Assembly: GCA_002269645.1 (NCBI GenBank)
Contig: NIVC01001221.1
Coordinates: 124,001 to 188,000, forward strand
DNA length: 64,000 bases
Source: Macrostomum lignano
Lineage: Eukaryota
Direction: 5' to 3'
The notes under the pieces are model-generated. The model did no database searches and was not told where the DNA came from. It was given only the letters and a program-made list of their open reading frames with translations. Positions 39,226-57,109 of the stretch are shown one piece after another; positions within the stretch are counted from its first letter, which is position 1; every line of letters begins with the position of its first letter. The translations under genes were made by a program, and so were the position numbers.

Positions 39226-39629
39226 GTTTTGCTTAGCAACCAGAACTGAGACAATGACCAATCTTCTTGTGACTTTTTAAACAAAACGCCAAATACGAAT
39301 TTAAAAGATTTTTCGGCTAATGTCGTTTGAAACAATTTTAATATTTTATAATTTCCATTGGTGTTCAAGGCTAATTGCTTTGTTTTTTCTGATTTTATAA
39401 TTTATTGCTTCTTTAGACTTTTATATAACTGAATTGATTAGAATTTTATTGAATATCTGCTTCTGAAATAGATTACAATAACTTCTAATTGTTAATTGAT
39501 TTTCAATTTTTATCTTTAGCTTTCATTTGTCTTTTATTTAATTAACTTTAAATTTAAAATTGTTAAAATAATTTAACAATGTTAAATTGAATAGTAATAA
39601 ATAGTAAAATTAATATGCAATCTGATACT

Positions 39630-40510
39630 TCAAATTATTCGGTAATCTATAGTTCCGGTTCTTCAGTAATCTATACTTCAGGTACTTCAGTAACCTATAC
39701 TTCAGATCATTCAGTAATCTACACTTCAGATCATTCAGTAATCTATACTTCAGGATCATCAGTAATCTACACTTCAGATCATTCAGTAATCTATACTTCA
39801 GGATCATTCAGTAATCTATACTTCAGGATCATCAGTAATCTACACTTCAGATCATTCAGTAATCTATACTTCAGATCATTCAGTAATCTATACTTCAGAT
39901 AATTCAGTAATCTACACTTCAGATCATTCAGTAATCTACACTTCAGATCATTCAGTAATCTACACTTCAGATCATTCAGTAATCTACACTTCAGATCATT
40001 CAGTAATCTATACTTCAGATCATTCAGTAATCTACACTTCAGATCATTCAGTAATCTATACTTCAGATCATTCAGTAATCTATACTTCAGGTTCTTCAGC
40101 AATCTATACTTCAGGTTCTTCAATAATCTATACTTCCGGTTCTTCAGTAATCTATACTTCCGGTTCTTCAGTAATCTATACTTCAGGTTCTTCAGTAATC
40201 TATACTTCGGTTCTTCAGTAATCTATACTTCAGGTTCTTTAGTAATCTATACTTCCGGTTCTTCAGTAATCTATACTTCCGGTTCTTCTGTAATCTACAC
40301 TTCAGATCATTCAGTAATCTATACTTCAGATCATTCAGTAATCTATACTTCCGGTTCTTCAGTAATCTATACTTCAGGTTCTTCAGTAATCTATACTTCC
40401 GGTTCTTCAGTAATCTACACTTCAGATCATTCAGTAATCCATACTTCAGGATCATTCAGTAATCTTCACTTCAGATCATTCAGTACTCGTAATTTATACT
40501 TCAGGTCCTT
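39630..40510. repeat. 24-bp minisatellite (ttcagtaatctatacttcagatca)
   Basis: About 36 units. Confidence 0.96.
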
Positions 40511-40848
40511 CAGTAGTGCATGCATAGGTTAGGTCTTAAACAACAAACTTTGAATTTTATGCGGCGAAGACAGCAAAAATAAGTGAATCGTTTCTTACAG
40601 TTTTTATTTTTACCTGGTCACAATTTCTAGTCACTTTATACTGTACGCATTAGATGAGTTTGGCCATAGAAAAGGTTAACAGAAGTTACGAGCTCATGAG
40701 ATCATTATATTACAAGACATTACAAGTCTGGCATGAAAATATAATCAGGTTGCAATGTTAAAATTTTGTTTTAATCTCAAGCTTACATACAGCAAGCTTT
40801 CAGCATGAATGAATTGTTAAGAATCAATTTTGGCATTGCCAAAGCTAA

Positions 40849-41550
40849 TCAAGTGTAGTGCCCCTTCCGATCTCGGGCATCTCTTTTCTTTGCCGACTTC
40901 TTCGCGGAATTCTCTGGGTAGAGAAACAGCTCGACCAGCTTTTTGGCTTTCGACGGCTTAGCAGGAGAGGATGGGTTGGACTTTGACTGCTGCGGAGGCT
41001 GCGGCTGCTGGTAACTGTTGTGCGGAATGCTGAAGCTGCGTGGCTTGTTGCCTTGGTGCAGCAGGTACGGCGGCTGGTACTGCTCGTGTGAGTAGTATCC
41101 CGGATCTTGTGAGACTCTAGCTGCCTGCTCCTGCATCTGCGGATGTTTTGGCAGCGACGGCGAAAAGGAAGAAGTTTGCGGTGTCAGCCTGGCTGGGGCG
41201 CTCTGCAGCGAGTTGGATCCCGCCTGCGGCGCCGAGGCTGTCAACTCCGAACTGGGATAGTCGTAGGTATCGGTCAGGCACATCTCCACGAAGTCTTTCA
41301 TGCACTTGACGCTGAAGCCCAGGCTGACTGCCTGTTCCATCTTGTCGATCAGCTGGTGATGCTTGGCGTTCATGTTGTCCAGCGACAGAATGCCCTGGTC
41401 GAAGATGAACATCCTGGCTGCGACGGGCAGGTCCTGTCCATCCATCAGGCTGTAGAACTCGTTAAACTGCGCAAGATTCTCAGGCTGGCACAGGTCTTGA
41501 AAAGACTTCTGGATGGTTTCAACTCGGCGTTGTAAATCCGAGTTGGACAT
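40849..41550 (-). CDS. Single-exon hypothetical protein (233 aa from the ATG at 41550)
   Basis: Non-repetitive ORF with GC-rich third positions like the neighbouring real exons. It has a helical-looking N-terminal ~95 aa, a Q/P/S-rich middle and a basic C-terminus (KKSAKKRDARDRK). No family recognised. Confidence 0.65.
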   Translation of the reverse strand: MSNSDLQRRVETIQKSFQDLCQPENLAQFNEFYSLMDGQDLPVAARMFIFDQGILSLDNMNAKHHQLIDKMEQAVSLGFSVKCMKDFVEMCLTDTYDYPSSELTASAPQAGSNSLQSAPARLTPQTSSFSPSLPKHPQMQEQAARVSQDPGYYSHEQYQPPYLLHQGNKPRSFSIPHNSYQQPQPPQQSKSNPSSPAKPSKAKKLVELFLYPENSAKKSAKKRDARDRKGHYT

Positions 41551-42174
41551 GGTCGGTCGGCTATGCGTAAAAGAATCTCTGCGATGGATTTTTGTTCCTT
41601 GTGTCTTGGCTATTGCGGCTACTATGCAGAGCCTGCTGTAATTAAAGTGGGCTATATTATACTTGCTCGGGCTTAGGCACACGGATCTAAGTCGAGAGAG
41701 AGAGAGAAGAGAAACAGAGCTGGCCTCCTCTCTCCTCTCTCTGCTTGAAAACAGGCATGTCTGCGCACTGTCTTAATGCTTTCATCTGCTTTCAGCCATT
41801 GTTCTTCGGGCTCTGTGAAATTCCTGTACAAATTGTGCATTCCATTGGCGTACGCAGGACGAGAGGGGGGCCGGGGCCCCCGCCTCAGCCCTGGAACATA
41901 TGGCATCTAAGTGAGGTTGGTTCGGCAACCGAGAGACAAGGACGTCTAAACAAGAGACAGGGGGCGCCGAACCAAGAGACAGGGGCGCTGTGAAGTCTAG
42001 GTTTGCGTGCCGAGAAAGGTGGCCTCTGTGTGGCTTTGTTTGCTCAATATATTTATTAGTCAATATTGGGGGGTGGGGGTAAAGCGATGCGTGATTGGTC
42101 GAGAATTGGTAAACAAGTTTAGGCGAGAGGGTGAGTCATGAATAATGTGAGGCAGAGAGTAGCGTACGACCTAC

Positions 42175-42700
42175 AGGCGCCTAACCAAGAGACAGGGGGC
42201 GCCGAACCAAGAGACAGGGGCGCCTAACCAAGAGACAGGGGGCGCCTAACCAAGAGACAGGGGCGCCTAACCAAGAGATAAGGGCGCCTAACCAAGAGAC
42301 AGGGGCGCCTAACCAAGAGACAGGGGGCGCCTAACCAAGAGACAGGGGCGCCTAACCAAGAGATAAGGGCGCCTAACCAAGAGACAGGGGCGCCTAACCA
42401 AGAGACAGGGGGCGCCGAACCAAGAGACAGGGGCGCCTAACCAAGAGACAGGGGGCGCCTAACCAAGAGACAGGGGGCGCTGAACCAAGAGACAGGGGCG
42501 CCTAACCTAGAGACAGGGGCGCCTAACCAAGAGACAGGGGGCGCCTAACCAGGAGACGGGCGCGCCTAACCAATAGACAGGGACGTCTAACCAATAGACA
42601 GGGGCGCCTAACCAAGCGACAGGGGCGCCTTCGAAGAGAAAGTGGCGCCCACGATCGAGACAAGGGGCGCTCACAAAGAGACAGGGGCGTCTAACCAAGA
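42175..42700. repeat. 21-23-bp minisatellite (ggcgcctaaccaagagacagggg)
   Basis: About 22 units; two isolated units also at 41945-41990. Confidence 0.95.
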
Positions 42701-42999
42701 GCCGTGGATTACTAGACAGAGAATCTGGAAAGGTAAAGCCAACTGCAGTTTATAAATGCTTTTCTCCGCCTAGCTCAGAGCTGCATGCCTTAGTGTTTAA
42801 TGAGGCTTATTCGTTACTCTTAAGCTTGGAAAGTTCTCTTTTTCAGCCTCACTCACTGGTGCTAAATTTAGCAAATTGATGTTATTTCTGTTTTGCGAGA
42901 GAAAATAACAAAAAATGAAGTTTTAATATGGAACTGTCACCTCTTTTTAGGGCTGAGCTGAGTTTACTTGTTTACTTGGTTTACTTGGTTGAATCACTC

Positions 43000-45900
43000 C
43001 AAGAATCTTCTCTATCAGACTCGTCACTCCAAGAATCTTCTCTATCAGACTCGTCACTCCAGGAATCTCTTCTCTATCAGACTCGTCACTCCAGGAATCT
43101 CTTCTCTATCAGACTCGTCACTTCAAGAATCTTCTCTATCAGACTCGTCACTCCAAGAATCTTCTCTATCAGACTCGTCACTCCAAGAATCTTCTCTATC
43201 AGACTCGTCACTCCAAGAATCTTCTCTATCAGACTCATCACTCCAGGAATCTCTTCTCCATCAGACTCGTCACTCCAGGAATATCTTCTCTATCAGACTC
43301 GTCACTCCAAGAATCTCTTCTCTATCAGACTCGTCACTCCAAGAATCTCTTCTCTATCAGACTCTTGACTCCAGGAATCTCTTCTCTATCAGACTCGTCA
43401 CTTCAAGAATCTTCTCTATCAGACTCGCCACTCAAGAATCTTCTCTATCAGACTCGTCACTCCAGGAATCTCTTCTCTATCAGATTCGTCATTCCAAGAA
43501 TCTTCTCTATCAGACTCGTCACTCCAAGAATCTTCTCTATCAGACTCGTCACTCCAGGAATCTCTTCTCTATCAGACTCGTCACTCCAAGAATCTTCTCT
43601 ATCAGACTCGCCACTCAAGAATCTTCTCTATCAGACTCGTCACTCCAGGAATCTCTTCTCTATCAGACTCGTCACTCCAGGAATATCTTCTCTATCAGAC
43701 TCGTCACTCCAAGAATCTTCTCTATCAGACTCGTCACTCCAAGAATCTTCTCTATCAGACTCTTCACTCCAGGAATCTCTTCTCTATCAGACTCGTCACT
43801 TCAAGAATCTTCTCTATCAGACTCGTCACTCCAGGAATCTTCTTTTCTATCAGACTCGTCACTCCAGGAATCTTCTTTTCTATCAGACTCGTAACTCCAG
43901 GAATCTTCTTTATCAGACTCTTCACTCCAGGAATCTCTTCTCTATCAGACTCGTCACTTCAAGAATCTTCTCTATCAGACTCGCCACTCCAAGAATCTTC
44001 TCTATCAGACTCTTCACTCCAGGAATCTCTTCTCTATCAGACTCGTCACTTCAAGAATCTTCTCTATCAGCCTTGTCACTCCAGGAATCTCTTCTCTATC
44101 AGACTCGTCACTCCAAAATCTTCTCTATCAGACTCATCAGTCAAAGAATCTTCTCTATCAGACTCTTCACTCCAGGAATCTCTTCTCTATCAGACTCGTC
44201 ACTCCAAGAATCTTCTCTATCAGACTCATCACTCCAAGAATCTTCTCTATCAGACTCTTCACTCCAGGAATCTCTTCTCTATCAGACTCGTCACTCCAAG
44301 AATCTTCTCTATCAGACTCGTCACTCCAAGAATCTTCTCTATCAGACTCTTCACTCCAAGAATCTCTTCTCTATCAGACTCGTCACTCCAAGAATCTCTT
44401 CTCTATCAGACTCGTCACTCCAAAAATCTTCTCTATCAGACTCTTCACTCCAGGAATCTCTTCTCTATCAGACTCGTCACTTCAAGAATCTTCTCTATCA
44501 GCCTTGTCACTCCAGGAATCTCTTCTCTATCAGACTCGTCACTCCAAAATCTTCTCTATCAGACTCGTCACTCCAAGAATCTTCTCTATCAGACTCTTCA
44601 CTCCAGGAATCTCTTCTCTATCAGACTCGTCACTCCAAGAATCTTCTTTATCAGACTCGTCACTCCAAGAATCTTCTCTATCAGACTCTTCCCTCCAGGA
44701 ATCTCTTCTCTATCAGACTCGTCACTCCAAGAATCTCTTCTCTATCAGACTCGTCACTCCAGGAATCTTCTCTATCAGACTCGCCACTCAAGAATCTTCT
44801 CTATCAGACTCTTGACTCCAGGAATCTCTTCTCTATCAGACTCGTCACTCCAAGAATCTTCTCTATCAGACTCTTCACTCCAGGAATCTCTTCTCTATCA
44901 GACTCGTCACTTCAAGAATCTTCTCTATCAGACTCGCCACTCAAGAATCTTCTCTATCAGACTCTTCACTCCAGGAATCTTCTCTATCAGACTCTTCACT
45001 CCAGGAATCTCTTCTCTATCAGACTCGTCACTTCAAGAATCTTCTCTATCAGACTCGCTACTCCAGGAATCTTCTCTATCAGACTCGTCACTCCAGGAAT
45101 CTCTTCTCTATCAGACTCGTCACTCCAAGAATCTTCTCTATCAGACTCTTCACTCCAGGAATCTCTTCTCTATCAGACTCGTCACTTCAAGAATCTTCTC
45201 TATCAGACTCGCCACTCAAGAATCTTCTCTATCAGACTCTTCACTCCAGGAATCTTCTCTATCAGACTCGTCACTTCAAGAATCTTCTCTATCAGCCTTG
45301 TCACTCCAGGAATCTCTTCTCTATCAGACTCGTCACTCCAAAATCTTCTCTATCAGACTCATCACTCCAAGAATCTTCTCTATCAGACTCTTCACTCCAG
45401 GAATCTCTTCTCTATCAGACTCGTCACTCCAAGAATCTTCTCTATCAGACTCGTCACTCCAAGAATCTTCTCTATCAGACTCTTGACTCCAGGAATCTCT
45501 TCTCTATCAGACTCGTCACTCCAAGAATCTCTTCTCTATCAGACTCTTGACTCCAGGAATCTCTTCTCTATCAGACTCGTCACTTCAAGAATCTTCTCTA
45601 TCAGACTCGCCACTCAAGAATCTTCTCTATCAGACTCGTCACTCCAGGAATCTCTTCTCTATCAGACTCGTCACTCCAAGAATCTTCTCTATCAGACTCG
45701 CCACTCAAGAATCTTCTCTATCAGACTCGTCACTCCAGGAATCTCTTCTCTATCAGACTCGTCACTCCAGGAATATCTTCTCTATCAGACTCGTCACTCC
45801 AAGAATCTTCTCTATCAGACTCGTCACTCCAAGAATCTTCTCTATCAGACTCGTCACTCCAGGAATCTTCTTTTCTATCAGACTCGTCACTCCAGGAATC

Positions 45901-46140
45901 TTCTTTTCTATCAGACTCGTAACTCCAGGAATCTTCTTTATCAGACTCGTCACTCCAAGAATCTTCTCTATCAGACTCGTCACTCCAGGAATTTTCTCTA
46001 TCAGACTCGTCACTCAAGAATCTTCTCTATAAGACTCGTCACTCCAAGAATCTTCTCTATCAGACTCGTCACTCCAGGAATCTCTTCTCTATCAGACTCG
46101 TCACTCAAGAATCTTCTCTATCAGATTCGTCACTTCAAGA
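43000..46140. repeat. 30/32-bp satellite (ctctatcagactcgtcactccaagaatctt), block 1
   Basis: About 100 units. It is the source of the 951-aa and related pseudo-ORFs. Confidence 0.98.
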
Positions 46141-46869
46141 CTCTTTTTATCCTCGCGAACGTCAGGCACCAGAAAATTGCAGCCTCGGTGTCGTCCGGCA
46201 CGCAGAGCACGACAATCTAGAAACTAACAAATAACATGTTTTGCAAGTTAAAGCAAATGTGCATAAGACCAGTCGATGTGTTAACACAAGTAGTCATATC
46301 TTGCGGATATATAAACATGCACGTGCTTAGTTTGCATTTCGTAACATGGAATTTTATACGTTCGTAGCTGAATAAAAGCCACTTAATACATATAAGCTGC
46401 CGATTCGCGTGTACGCACTACTTAGGCCCAGCATGATAAGACGGACATTATATACGAGTTGCCAAGTTTGTGCCAGAGTAAATGGTGCATTTGCTAACTG
46501 AATCTACCAGTAATTACGAGCTACAGCGAATCAACTTTAACTTTGCTATTCTTTATCTCGGCTTTCCACTTGCTGATTGCACGGATTTTTATTCGGTCGG
46601 TATGACTATACCTGCCTATACCAGCCCTTAGCCTTGTTTGAGTAACTGCATGTCCTGCTCTCTGATTCGGTAAGTTAAACCACTGTCGTCTGTAACCAGT
46701 CTTTTAGTGTAAGCCTGTAAAGCCTTCACATAGCTTTTCAAAGTTTTCCAAAAGCACGCAGTTTAGAATCTATAGAACTAAATCTAAAAAGTTTCTTAAA
46801 CAACTAATTTTTCTCTATATTACTAGAGATGTATTGTATGTATAGTATAAGTGTGGGATTTTCATTGTT

Positions 46870-49800
46870 TTATCAGACTCATCACTCCGAGACTCTTTTC
46901 TATCAGCCTTGTCACTCCCAGAATCTTCTTTTCTATCAGACTCTTCACTCCAGGAATCTTTTCTCTATCAGACTCGTCACTCCAGGAATATCCCTATCAG
47001 CCTTGTCACTCCAGGAATCTCTTCTCTATCAGACTCTTCACTCAAGAAATATCTCTATCAGACTCGTCACTCCAGGAATATCTTCTCTATCAGCCTTGTC
47101 ACTCCAAGAATCTTCTCTATCAGCCTCGTCACTCCAAGAATCTTCTCTATCAGACTCGTCACTCCAAGAATCTCTTCTCTATCAGACTCGTCACTCCAGG
47201 AATCTTCTCTATCAGACTCGTCACTCCAGGAATCTTCTCTATCAGACTCTTCACTCCAGGAATCTCTTCTCTATCAGACTCGTCACTCCAAGAATCTTCT
47301 CTATCAGACTCGTCACTCCAAGAATCTTCTCTATCAGACTCGTCACTCCAGGAATCTCTTCTCTATCAGACTCATCACTCCCGGAATCTTCTCTATCAGA
47401 CTCGCCACTCAAGAATCTTCTCTATCAGACTCTTGACTCCAGGAATCTCTTCTCTATCAGACTCGTCACTTCAAGAATCTACTCTATCAGACTCGCCACT
47501 CAAGAATCTTCTCTATCAGACTCGTCACTCCAGGAATCTCTTCTCTATCAGATTCGTCATTCCAAGAATCTTCTCTATCAGACTCGTCACTCCAAGAATC
47601 TTCTCTATCAGACTCGTCACTCCAGGAATCTCTTCTCTATCAGACTCGTCACTCCAAGAATCTTCTCTATCAGACTCGCCACTCAAGAATCTTCTCTATC
47701 AGACTCGTCACTCCAGGAATCTCTTCTCTATCAGACTCGTAACTCCAGGAATATCTTCTCTATCAGACTCGTCACTCCAAGAATCTTCTCTATCAGACTC
47801 GTCACTCCAGGAATCTCTTCTCTATCAGACTCGTCACTCCAAGAATCTTCTCTATCAGACTCGCCACTCAAGAATCTTCTCTATCAGACTCGTCACTCCA
47901 GGAATCTCTTCTCTATCAGACTCGTCACTCCAGGAATCTCTTCTCTATCAGACTCGTCACTCCAAGAATCTCTTCTCTATCAGACTCGTCACTCCAAGAA
48001 TCTTCTCTATCAGACTCGTCACTCCAAGAATCTTCTCTATCAGCCTCGTCACTCCAAGAATCTTCTCTATCAGCCTCGTCACTCCAAGAATACGCTCGTA
48101 TTCTCTATCAGACTCGTCACTCCAAGAATCTCTTCTCTATCAGATTCGTCACTCCAAGAATCTTCTCTATCAGACTCGTCACTCCAAGAATCTTCTCTAT
48201 CAGACTCGTCACTCCAGGAATCTCTTCTCTATCAGACTCGTCACTCCAAGAATCTTCTCTATCAGACTCGCCACTCAAGAATCTTCTCTATCAGACTCGT
48301 CACTCCAGGAATCTCTTCTCTATCAGACTCGTAACTCCAGGAATCTCTTCTCTATCAGACTCGTCACTCCAAGAATCTTCTCTATCAGACTCGTCACTCC
48401 AGGAATCTCTTCTCTATCAGACTCGTCACTCCAAGAATCTTCTCTATCAGACTCGCCACTCAAGAATCTTCTCTACCAGACTCGTCACTCCAGGAATCTC
48501 TTCTCTATCAGACTCGTCACTCCAGGAATCTCTTCTCTATCAGACTCGTCACTCCAAGAATCTTCTCTATCAGACTCGCCACTCAAGAATCTTCTCTACC
48601 AGACTCGTCACTCCAGGAATCTCTTCTCTATCAGACTCGTCACTCCAGGAATCTCTTCTCTATCAGACTCGTCACTCCAAGAATCTCTTCTCTATCAGAC
48701 TCGTCACTCCAAGAATCTTCTCTATCAGACTCGCCACTCCAAGAATCTTCTCTATCAGCCTCGTCACTCCAAGAATCTTCTCTATCAGCCTCGTCACTCC
48801 AAGAATCTTCTCTATCAGACTCGTCACTCCAAGAATCTTCTCTATCAGACTCGTCACTCCAAGAATCTCTTCTCTATCAGACTCGTCACTCCAAGAATCT
48901 CTTCTCTATCAGACTCGTCACTCCAAGAATCTTCTCTATCAGACTCGTCACTCCAAGAATCTTCTCTATCAGACTCGTCACTCCAAGAATCTCTTCTCTA
49001 TCAGCCTCGTCACTCCAAGAATCTCTTCTCTATCAGACTCGTCTCTCCAAGAATCTTCTCTATCAGACTCGTCACTCCAGGAATCTTCTCTATCAGACTC
49101 GTCACTCCAAGAATCTTCTCTATCAGCCTCGTCACTCCAAGAATCTTCTCTATCAGACTCGTCACTCCAAGAATCTTCTCTATCAGCCTCGTCACTCCAA
49201 GAATACGCTCGTATTCTCTATCAGACTCGTCACTCCAAGAATCTTCTCTATCAGACTCGTCACTCCAAGAATCTCTTCTCTATCAGACTCGTCACTCCAA
49301 GAATCTCTTCTCTATCAGACTCGTCACTCCAAGAATCTTCTCTATCAGCCTCGTCACTCCAAGAATCTTCTCTATCAGACTCGTCACTCCAAGAATCTCT
49401 TCTCTATCAGCCTCGTCACTCCAAGAATCTCTTCTCTATCAGACTCGTCTCTCCAAGAATCTTCTCTATCAGACTCGTCACTCCAAGAATCTTCTCTATC
49501 AGACTCGTCACTCCAAGAATCTTCTCTATCAGCCTCGTCACTCCAAGAATCTTCTCTATCAGCCTCGTCACTCCAAGAATCTTCTCTATCAGCCTCGTCA
49601 CTCCAAGAATACGCTCGTATTCTCTATCAGACTCGTCACTCCAAGAATCTTCTCTATCAGACTCGTCACTCCAAGAATCTCTTCTCTATCAGACTCGTCA
49701 CTCCAAGAATCTCTTCTCTATCAGACTCGTCACTCCAAGAATCTTCTCTATCAGCCTCGTCACTCCAAGAATCTTCTCTATCAGACTCGTCACTCCAAGA

Positions 49801-50285
49801 ATCTCTTCTCTATCAGCCTCGTCACTCCAAGAATCTCTTCTCTATCAGACTCGTCTCTCCAAGAATCTTCTCTATCAGACTCGTCACTCCAAGAATCTTC
49901 TCTATCAGACTCGTCACTCCAAGAATCTTCTCTATCAGCCTCGTCACTCCAAGAATCTTCTCTATCAGCCTCGTCACTCCAAGAATCTTCTCTATCAGCC
50001 TCGTCACTCCAAGAATCTTCTCTATCAGCCTCGTCACTCCAAGAATCTTCTCTATCAGCCTCGTCACTCCAAGATTCTTCTCTATCAGCCTCGTCACTCC
50101 AAGAATCTCTTCTCTATCAGACTCTTAACTCCAGGAATCTCTTCTCTATCAGACTCGTCACTCCAAGAATCTTCTCTATCAGACTCGTCACTCCAAGAAT
50201 CTTCTCTATCAGCCTCGTTACTCTAAGAATCTTCTCTATTAGCCTCGTCACTCCAAGAATTTTCTTTTCCATCAGACTCGTCACT
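46870..50285. repeat. 30/32-bp satellite, block 2
   Basis: Same unit and orientation as block 1, separated by about 730 bp of unique sequence. Confidence 0.98.
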
Positions 50286-51661
50286 GAGTCTAAGTGGGAT
50301 CCATGTTTCTAAATTAAACAATTGTCTGCTTCCAAAGTGGCTCTAAAGAGTCATCAAGCTCTACAAAGAGCTGCGCTTGCTTCCTATTTTGAAGCTTTCA
50401 ATTTGGGAGTCTTTATCCCGAGGATGAATGTCAGAATTGAATCCCCTGCATGGGAGCCCCCTAGGTCGGCAACGTGGACTCGGCTGGAGTTTTTTTTTTT
50501 CACAGACCGAGTCCGCAACTTGCAGGAGCTGTTCGCGGATACGAGCTGATGATGCACATTTGGGAAGGGAGGGGAAGAAGGAAGGAATAGGAGAGAGGGG
50601 AGAGAGGGGAGGAGCGGGTTCGTGCGGCTTGGCTCATGGTGGCCTAGAAGCAGATCCTGGAGAGGAAAATATTCCCCATTCTCAGCCTGTTTTCTAAAAA
50701 GCAGAGATTTTAGTTTTTCGAACTAGACATAAGACATTTAATGTGTGGAGAACCTTTGTTTCGTTACTCCAAAATGCAGATAATTTATCGGTTTTTCGTA
50801 TGAGAAAGCAACTCCCGGTTCTAGTTCTAGGCCTCCATGCCTGGCACTATATTTGGTTGGTCAGCCGAGTGCACATTAGAACACAAAACTCGAAAGGCCG
50901 CACGAGAAATGAATCGAGGGTGTGTAAATCCTAGCGGAACGGGAGAGAGGTGGGGATGGGGCAGAAAGAACTGAAATTAGGCCTTGGGATTTGGGCACCA
51001 CCACTGCAGCATGGAGCACTAGAGGCCCCAAGCATTCAGCTAGGTTTAAGTAGATGGTTTGCTTCAACTTATTATTTGCTTTCTTTCTATTAAACTGTGT
51101 TGACGTGTTAGCCTACCGTAGACAAATGAAAATATTCACTGAATTTTTTGACTTGACAACCGAGAACTGACTCGCTGGGCTCGTTCCTAGTAAGCCATGG
51201 CTGCGGGACTGACTGACGGGGAAGAAAGGGCGGAAGAGGCACAGTGTACAGCACCCCCCCCCCCTGGGCGGTTGGACAGATATCCACCACGAGGGACGGG
51301 CCTGGGCAGCTCCTGTAATGTTTTATCCTACACTCATCTCTTGTCCTCACTTTCCCAAAGCTGACCATAAAGTCTGACTGTTGAGTTTAGAGTTTTTTTC
51401 AATTTCGATTTATTATAACTAGTGGACTAAATAAAACCGACCATGCAGGATTTGATGTAATCTGTCAGGCCCTGTCTGTCTGTCTGTCCGCTCTGCTTTC
51501 GGATTCGCTAAGTTATAACTGCTATATTGTAGATCGTATACAACTCAAAATACACTAGCTACACAGTACAGAAAAGTCTATCTTGAAAAAAAACGCAGAG
51601 CCACACCGCCAACGCAGCGGATATACTCAGCTAGTGACTCACCTCACAGCGGCTGCAGCAA

Positions 51662-56413
<4,752 letters not shown>

Positions 56414-57109
56414 CTTCTCTGCGGCTGACGTTGAAGGTAATTGCTGAGTCTCTCCGATGCACCTTTGAGCTCTCTGACACTTCTAATACCTGTTAAGTTC
56501 TTGACACGCCTGTAGACTCTCTGACACACCTGCAGACTCTCTGACACACCTGCAGACTCTCTGACACACCTGCAGACTCTCTGACACACCTGTTGAGTCC
56601 CTGACACACTTATGACACACCTGACACACTTCCGGTGTTAGCCAGAACTGGCGTGACTTAGCGAAACTCGCTGCAATCTGATGCAATCTCTAGGGTTATC
56701 GAATAAATTAACATTTCCAATAACTGCTGTCGATTTTTATTTAGACAGACTACACTGTATGTAGAAAATTAGAAAATAGTGTCGCATCATTATGTAGATA
56801 TGTTAGCTGAAACTGCTGCTTATCCCATACCAGACGAATTGCTTGTCATACGAGTATCATATTTACAATAATTTTTTTACAAATTTGTCCACGGAATCTA
56901 ATATATTATCCGCGTATTAAATCATACTAACTAGTACATCTTTTGTTAAGTTTAAACAAAACAAAACTTTTTTTTGCAATCGGTTTGAAATTTGATCTTT
57001 TATTTGCCATTTTGATAATAATTCAGATATTTAGTGCATGAAATTCGATGCTTTCAATGAATTTTTAGTCTATGTACCAAAGTTCTCAACTTGACTGACA
57101 AGAGCAGAG

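Noticed and set aside
35933-39280. 395-586-aa repetitive ORFs in ACOX3 intron 5
   Set aside because: Minisatellite artefacts. The true last exon starts at 39106 in a frame ending in the PTS1 signal ARL.
43365-50312. 951-aa and 1153-aa Ser-rich ORFs
   Set aside because: They are 30/32-bp satellite read-through with frame switching at each 32-bp unit and no unique domain.
4125-50560. ctgatga cores as hammerhead ribozymes (e.g. 4184 minus strand, about 9392, 50546)
   Set aside because: None is followed by a stem II and GAAA at a suitable distance.
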